Positions 58,979-64,000 of a DNA stretch of 64,000 nt are shown here, piece after piece (position 1 is the first letter of the stretch; every line of letters begins with the position of its first letter). Source of the stretch: Akkermansia muciniphila (lineage in GTDB: Bacteria; Verrucomicrobiota; Verrucomicrobiia; Limisphaerales; BJHT01); contig CAMAUZ010000005.1 in NCBI GenBank assembly GCA_945861535.1, positions 8,272 through 72,271 on the forward strand, given 5' to 3'. The notes beneath the pieces are model-generated. The model had not been told where the DNA came from. It saw nothing but the letters and a program-made list of their open reading frames with translations, and did no database searches. Made by a program: the position numbers and the translations under genes.

Positions 58979-61198
58979 TCACACCAACCCCACGATCTTC
59001 CGCCCGATCCAATACAGCGCGAGCAAACCCAGCAGCAACCCGCCCCACCACGGACTCGCCCAAATCTGGAAACGTCGCTCCTCCGGTTGCACCTCGGGCA
59101 GCACGGCGATTTGTTGGGTGAGCCGCGCGAGGTCGAGGAAGGTGCCGCTCTGTCCGCGGGTGAGTTCGGCGATCTCGCGGAGGATCGCGCCGTTCACGGG
59201 CTGGCCGAGTTTCTCGCGGCGGATTTGCGTGACCATGATCTCGGTGTCGAGGCCGCGCGCGGCTTTGTCGCCGGTCACGGTGACTTTGTATTTGCCGCCG
59301 GTGGACGCGGGGAAGCTGCCCTTGAACAAGCCCCAACCGCCGGGCACGGACACGAGTTCCATCCGCTCGGTGCGCCCGCCCGGCGCGACAATCGTCGCGG
59401 TGACCGGGCCTTTCTCCAGCGGCAATCCCGCGGCGTCGAACACCGCCGCGTTCAGGAAAATGCTCTCGCCCACCTGCGGGTTCTCCGGGCTGTAGGACAG
59501 CCGCACGCCTTTGCCTTCCGAGAGATGCCGCTTGTGCGACATCCAGCGCACGACCTGCCCCCAGAAGCGGTAGTGATACTTGTCCTCGACGCCGCGCCGC
59601 CAGCGCCACGCGCTGTCCGTGCCCATGAACAGCACCTCGCCGTTGCCAAACGGCCGCGTCACCAGCAGCGGCACGCGCCCGCTGGCGTTGCGCAACGCCG
59701 TATGCACCGCCAGCACCTCGGACCCCGCGCGGCTCTTCAACACCGGCGCGCTCCAGTAAAACCCCGGCAGATTCCGCCACACGACCTCGTTCGCCGCTTC
59801 GTCGTTCGCGAGCATCGTGAGGAAGTGCGCCTTGCCCGTGGTCGTGAGGACAAGACCGGATTCATTGGGCAAACCCGTGCCCGCGGGCTTCGCGTCATCG
59901 AACACCACCGGCAACAACTCGCCCAGCGGCGTCGGCGTCAGGCTCAACTGCCGCCCGCGCGCGCCCGGCAGAAAAATTAATCCGCTGCCCTGCTGCTCGA
60001 CCAGGCCGCGCAACAATTCCAAGTCCGCCGCGCGCAGTTCGCCCTCACCTACGCCGACATCGCCGAGGAAAACCACGTCGTATTTCGCGATGGCCTCCTT
60101 GGTTGGCGGAAAGGTCTGGATGTAATTGCGCCCTTCGCCCACGGGCATCCCCGGATGAAACAGCAGGCAGCTCAGCTCGACGCCCGGGTCGCGCTCGAGC
60201 GCGTTGCGCAGGAAGCGATACTCCCAGCGCGGCAGCGACTCGACGACCAGCACGCGCAGCTTCTCGGCGCGGATGGCGATGCGGAATTCCTGCTCGTTGT
60301 TGTCGTTGAGCGATTCGTCCGGCTGCACCGGCAGGCGCAGAGACAGCGTCTTCTCGCCCATCGTGCGCGGCAGCCAGACCAGCGTGTCCTGAAACTGCGC
60401 GAACGCCGGGATCACGATCTCCTTCCGCGCCTCGACCGACTCGCCCGCGTGCAGCGTCACCGTCGTCCGCACCTCGCGCGGCAGATGGCTCTGAATCTTG
60501 AACGGAATGGAAATCTGCTCACCCAGCAGTCCATAAGCGGGCGCGGCGACATGCTGCAAAACCAAGTCAGGCAACGGTGTTTCGCTCCCGACCGACACCG
60601 TGTACACCGGCACGCCGCGCGCCCGATACCGCGTCGCCGCGCTCACCGGCGACGTGCCGAGATTCCAGTCGCCGTCGGTGAAGAGTATTATGGCCTTCAG
60701 GTGTTTGTGTCGCAGCAGGACGTTGTCGAGCGCCTCGTTGAGATCGCTTCCTTCCTCGCGGCCCGACACTGCGATGGGCGTGGCGTTCGCGTTGGTGTCG
60801 GCCACGGGCGGTGCGGAAAATTCCTCGAAGGTCACGCGCGCCTGCTTCTCCCACGGCGCCCAGTATTTCGTCCCCTGCTGTTGCGCGAGCCACTCGGCGC
60901 GCTTGATGACATTGGTCGCGCTCAACGGCACATCGCGCGTCCCCATGCTCGCCGAGGCGTCGGTGAGCACCACGATCTCGGGCGGTTCGGTGTGGACGAT
61001 CTGCTTCACCCACTCGGGCCGCAGCAGCGTGAAACCGATCAGCGTCATGATCAGAAACCGCAGCGCCTCGAGGAAACCCACGCCGCGCGTCGCGCCCCGC
61101 CGGCTCCAGTTCTGCCAGCACAACCAGCCGCCGCCCAGCCACACGGCCAGGCCCAGCAGCGTCATCGGCACCGACGCGGAGAACGACCAGTGGCTCAT
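58979..61198 (-). CDS. Membrane-anchored vWA-domain protein (BatB-like, long C-terminal region)
   Basis: Two N-terminal TM segments. MIDAS-like motif VVLTDASASMGTRD, then ILFTDGDWN. A C-terminal TM segment WWGGLLLGLLALYWIG. Its start overlaps the upstream gene's stop by 4 nt. Confidence 0.8.
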   Translation of the reverse strand: MSHWSFSASVPMTLLGLAVWLGGGWLCWQNWSRRGATRGVGFLEALRFLIMTLIGFTLLRPEWVKQIVHTEPPEIVVLTDASASMGTRDVPLSATNVIKRAEWLAQQQGTKYWAPWEKQARVTFEEFSAPPVADTNANATPIAVSGREEGSDLNEALDNVLLRHKHLKAIILFTDGDWNLGTSPVSAATRYRARGVPVYTVSVGSETPLPDLVLQHVAAPAYGLLGEQISIPFKIQSHLPREVRTTVTLHAGESVEARKEIVIPAFAQFQDTLVWLPRTMGEKTLSLRLPVQPDESLNDNNEQEFRIAIRAEKLRVLVVESLPRWEYRFLRNALERDPGVELSCLLFHPGMPVGEGRNYIQTFPPTKEAIAKYDVVFLGDVGVGEGELRAADLELLRGLVEQQGSGLIFLPGARGRQLSLTPTPLGELLPVVFDDAKPAGTGLPNESGLVLTTTGKAHFLTMLANDEAANEVVWRNLPGFYWSAPVLKSRAGSEVLAVHTALRNASGRVPLLVTRPFGNGEVLFMGTDSAWRWRRGVEDKYHYRFWGQVVRWMSHKRHLSEGKGVRLSYSPENPQVGESIFLNAAVFDAAGLPLEKGPVTATIVAPGGRTERMELVSVPGGWGLFKGSFPASTGGKYKVTVTGDKAARGLDTEIMVTQIRREKLGQPVNGAILREIAELTRGQSGTFLDLARLTQQIAVLPEVQPEERRFQIWASPWWGGLLLGLLALYWIGRKIVGLV

Positions 61199-63180
61199 GC
61201 GGTGCGCACCTCCGGGCCGGCACCGGCGGCCGTCTCACGCGTTTTCGGCGGCAGGATCAGCGCCGCCTCGAGCAGCAGAAATCCGCCCATCGCCAGCAGG
61301 AAGAAACGCCACAGCTCGGACTGCAAGCCCGCCTTGCCCTGCCGCGCTTCATCGAACAACCGCACTGAAATTTTTCCGAACAACTGCCGCGCCTTCTCGG
61401 ATTCGAGCACCTCGGCGTCGCTCTCGCGCGCGGGCCGGTTCACCGCCACCAGCCGCGGCCCCAGCCGGTAAACGCCCGCTTCGAGCCGGATGTCCTTGGG
61501 CGCGGATGCGTCCACCGTGGTCCACGCCTCGCCCTCGCCAAACGTCGTTTCGCCGCACGCCAGCAGCGCCGATTCCGTGAAGCGCCGCCCGCCCGCGAGC
61601 AGCAGCCGTTGCACCAGCGGCACCAGCACCGTGCCTTCGCTCAGGCTCGACCATTCGGGCGTCAGCGCCGTCGCGCAAAACAGCATCTGGCCCTTGCCCA
61701 CGTTGCGCCGCGTGAGCCAAGCGCCGCCGTCGCCGAACATCGCCACCGCGCCCGGCTCGCCCGTGACCGCCTGCCGCTTCGCGATGACCAGATCCGCCAG
61801 TGGCAGGTTCAAACCCTCCTCGGTGCGCGCCAGCGGGCCTTCCTTCTCGTCCCATTTCGTGATCGCCCACGGCTTGTCCTCCGCCGCCGTCTCGACCTGT
61901 CCGAAGCCCGAGCTTTCAAAACGCCCCGCCTCGCCCGCCGCGAAAAAAAGCACCGCCCCGCCCGCCTCGGCGAACAGCCGCAGCTTCTCCACCACGCCGC
62001 CCGCCGGCAGCGGCGCGTGCCACAACACCAACGCCGTCTCGGGCAAGCTCACGTTCGCGAACTTCTCCGGCGTCACCAGTTCCGCCACGCGGTTCGTGTC
62101 CGCGAGCAATGGCGCGGCGGCGAACTTCAGAAACCTCCCGCTCGCGTTATCCGCAGCCACCACAACCGTGCGCAACGCCGGCGGCGGACCGAAGACAAAG
62201 TAGGCCGTGTTGTCGCGGCCGTTCGCATCGGGCGGTAGCTCTACCTTGCCCCAGCCGGACGCCGTCGGGCTGTCGAGCACGAGCCGATGCCGGTAACGCG
62301 CCTCCTGCCCTTCGAGCGTCACCTCGATCGTCGAGACGCGTCCATCGAGCGTGATTGCCAGCGGTACCTTGGCGGGCGTCGCCGTGTTGCGCTCGAATTG
62401 CAGCACAAGGTCCAGTTCGGCCGCCTGCGCGCCCGCGCGACGATTCAGCTCCGCCACGGACACCGCGATGTTGTTCGCCGTGCCCGTTTGATTCAGCGCC
62501 AGCAGCCGCAGCCGCGCGCCCTGCGGCAACGCAGCGAACTGCGCCGCCAACGCCGCCCAGCGCTCGCTGTCCGGCTGCCAGTTGCTCCGCTGCAAATCCG
62601 ACGCGAGCCAGATTTCCACCGTGCCCGGCTTCGTCCGCGCGATCCAGTCGAGCGCCGTCTGCAACATCGCGGGCAGATCCGCCGCCGTGTCGCTCGCGAG
62701 TGCGGAGGTGACTTGCGTGAGACTCTCGGCCGACGCGACCTCCTGCGCGCCACGGCTCGCGCTGTCCAGCAGCACCAGCCGGCTCGTGCGCTCGAAGGGC
62801 TTCGCGCCCTCGGCGAAGAGCCGCAGCGCCTGCTCGCGGCGTGTCGGTTGGCCGTCGCCGGGTTTGGTTTCCATGCTCGCCGAGCGATCGAGCACCAGCA
62901 GAATCACGTCCGGCGCCGCCGCCATTGCCCAGCCCAGCCAGCCGCCCGCGAGAGGACGGCTGAGAAATAAAATGAGCGCCAGCACCGCCAGCACGCGGAA
63001 GAGGAGTACGAGCCACTGCCGCAATTTCGCGTGACTCGTCGAAGCCCGGCTCGCCGCCACAAGAAACATCATCGCCGCCCACGGCTGCGGCTTGTGGCGC
63101 AGGCGATTGATCAGGTGGATGACCACCGGCACCAGCACCAGCGGTAGCGCCCACAGGATATTTGGCTGGAGAAAAGTCAT
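61195..63180 (-). CDS. BatA-domain (aerotolerance-type N-terminal double-TM) protein
   Basis: MTFLQPNILWALPLVLVPVVIHLINRLRHKPQPWAAMMFL matches the BatA N-terminal domain as I know it. 661 aa. Confidence 0.8.
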   Translation of the reverse strand: MTFLQPNILWALPLVLVPVVIHLINRLRHKPQPWAAMMFLVAASRASTSHAKLRQWLVLLFRVLAVLALILFLSRPLAGGWLGWAMAAAPDVILLVLDRSASMETKPGDGQPTRREQALRLFAEGAKPFERTSRLVLLDSASRGAQEVASAESLTQVTSALASDTAADLPAMLQTALDWIARTKPGTVEIWLASDLQRSNWQPDSERWAALAAQFAALPQGARLRLLALNQTGTANNIAVSVAELNRRAGAQAAELDLVLQFERNTATPAKVPLAITLDGRVSTIEVTLEGQEARYRHRLVLDSPTASGWGKVELPPDANGRDNTAYFVFGPPPALRTVVVAADNASGRFLKFAAAPLLADTNRVAELVTPEKFANVSLPETALVLWHAPLPAGGVVEKLRLFAEAGGAVLFFAAGEAGRFESSGFGQVETAAEDKPWAITKWDEKEGPLARTEEGLNLPLADLVIAKRQAVTGEPGAVAMFGDGGAWLTRRNVGKGQMLFCATALTPEWSSLSEGTVLVPLVQRLLLAGGRRFTESALLACGETTFGEGEAWTTVDASAPKDIRLEAGVYRLGPRLVAVNRPARESDAEVLESEKARQLFGKISVRLFDEARQGKAGLQSELWRFFLLAMGGFLLLEAALILPPKTRETAAGAGPEVRTA

Positions 63181-63408
63181 GCCGGACAGGGCCGTTTACC
63201 GCGGTGAGGAAGCGCGGCCATTCAACGACACGCCGAAGCCGGAGCCGTGCGAACGCGACGGACAAACCACCGCGACGGACAAACCGTCGCGGCGAACGAA
63301 ACATCCAGGCAGAGCTTCATAAATCGGGTGGCTGAAAAACTGCCGGACGCTACCGACCCGCCCCCGCAACAGCAACCGGCTTTTAGTTTGGGCGTCGTGG
63401 GCATCGTG

Positions 63409-63536
63409 GTAGGGCTGCGTTGCGCGCGTCCCTGCAATCTTCCCGTGTGGACGCGTGGGGATTCGCGAAGGCGGTGGTTTGCAGGCGGACGTCGCGGTGC
63501 GGGGGGAGGTCAGGGACGCGCGCAACGCGTCCCTAC
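63409..63536. repeat. GTAGGG...CCCTAC inverted-repeat element (26-bp arms, 1 mismatch, 76-nt spacer)
   Basis: GTAGGGCTGCGTTGCGCGCGTCCCTG (63409-63434) faces CAGGGACGCGCGCAACGCGTCCCTAC (63511-63536). Confidence 0.85.
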
Positions 63537-63606
63537 CGAGAGGTGGTGGGCGGCGGTTTTGAATCCCTCGACAATCGCGGGTGCCTTGCTACTTTCCGCG
63601 CCCTTT

Positions 63607-64000
63607 ATGAACCGAAATCCTCATGTGGCGGTGGTCGGTGCGACGGGTGCCGTCGGCATCGAGATGATCAAGACTCTCGAGCAGCGCAATTTCCCGGTGG
63701 GCAAGCTGACGTTGCTCGCGTCGGCGCGCTCGGTCGGCAAGAAGCTGAAGTTCCGCGGCGCGGATGTGACCGTGCAGGAACTCACGAAGGATTCGTTCCA
63801 AGGCATCGACATCGCGCTGTTCAGCGCCGGCGGGGACATTTCGCGGGAGTTTGCGCCGGTCGCGGCGGCGGCGGGCTGCGTGGTGGTGGATAATTCGAGC
63901 GCGTTCCGCATGGATGCGTCGGTGCCGCTGGTGGTGCCGGAAATCAACGCCGCCGACGTGCTGGGGCATCGCGGCATCATCGCCAATCCGAACTGCACCA
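63607..64000 (+). CDS. asd: Aspartate-semialdehyde dehydrogenase, N-terminal part (runs off window)
   Basis: Not in the ORF track. My translation from ATG 63607 is [59 protein letters not shown]...[23 protein letters not shown]. Confidence 0.9.
   Translation, partial: MNRNPHVAVVGATGAVGIEMIKTLEQRNFPVGKLTLLASARSVGKKLKFRGADVTVQELTKDSFQGIDIALFSAGGDISREFAPVAAAAGCVVVDNSSAFRMDASVPLVVPEINAADVLGHRGIIANPNCT

Overview
This is a 64-kb window from a high-GC bacterial chromosome. The gene content includes tandem DUF1080 (3-keto-disaccharide-hydrolase family) genes, a five-CxxCH cytochrome c, a very large secreted propeller-like protein, BatA/vWA membrane proteins, and spacers packed with GC-rich hairpin repeats. 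Together these point to the PVC superphylum, probably Verrucomicrobiota; that is inference from content, not a search result. The centre (15.9-47.1 kb, all minus strand) is one uninterrupted translation/transcription supercluster: tRNA-Thr, tuf, tRNA-Trp, tRNA-Ser, secE, nusG, rplKAJL, rpoBC, rpsLG, fusA, then the S10, spc and alpha operon genes through to rplQ. It includes rpmJ and infA; adk and rpmD are absent. The left flank carries selO (partial), an esterase, a DUF3024 gene, three tandem DUF1080 genes, the cytochrome c, a Uma2 nuclease gene, the large secreted protein, an SDR, a DHH phosphoesterase, a 2-hydroxyacid dehydrogenase and an MFS transporter. The right flank carries holB, a translationally coupled GST-like/PIN-PhoH pair, a ROK kinase-like gene, a GlcF-like Fe-S protein, a NarL-type regulator with a REC-HK kinase, a BatA/vWA pair and asd (partial). 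Three things deserve a second look. (1) A 2.6-kb gene-poor locus (47.1-49.7 kb) holds only broken reading frames: a SEFIR/TIR-like gene with three lesions, a twice-frameshifted unknown ORF, and an RHH antitoxin-like stub with an orphan terminator. (2) A same-strand periplasmic module (3.1-10.8 kb) may be a cytochrome-linked glycoside oxidation / 3-keto-glycoside hydrolysis system. (3) Eight REP/REPIN-like or other inverted-repeat elements or clusters occupy almost every long spacer, several with GTAG...CTAC termini and compensatory stem changes. I saw no CRISPR array, transposase, integrase or rRNA. All family calls come from reading motifs by eye, without database searches.
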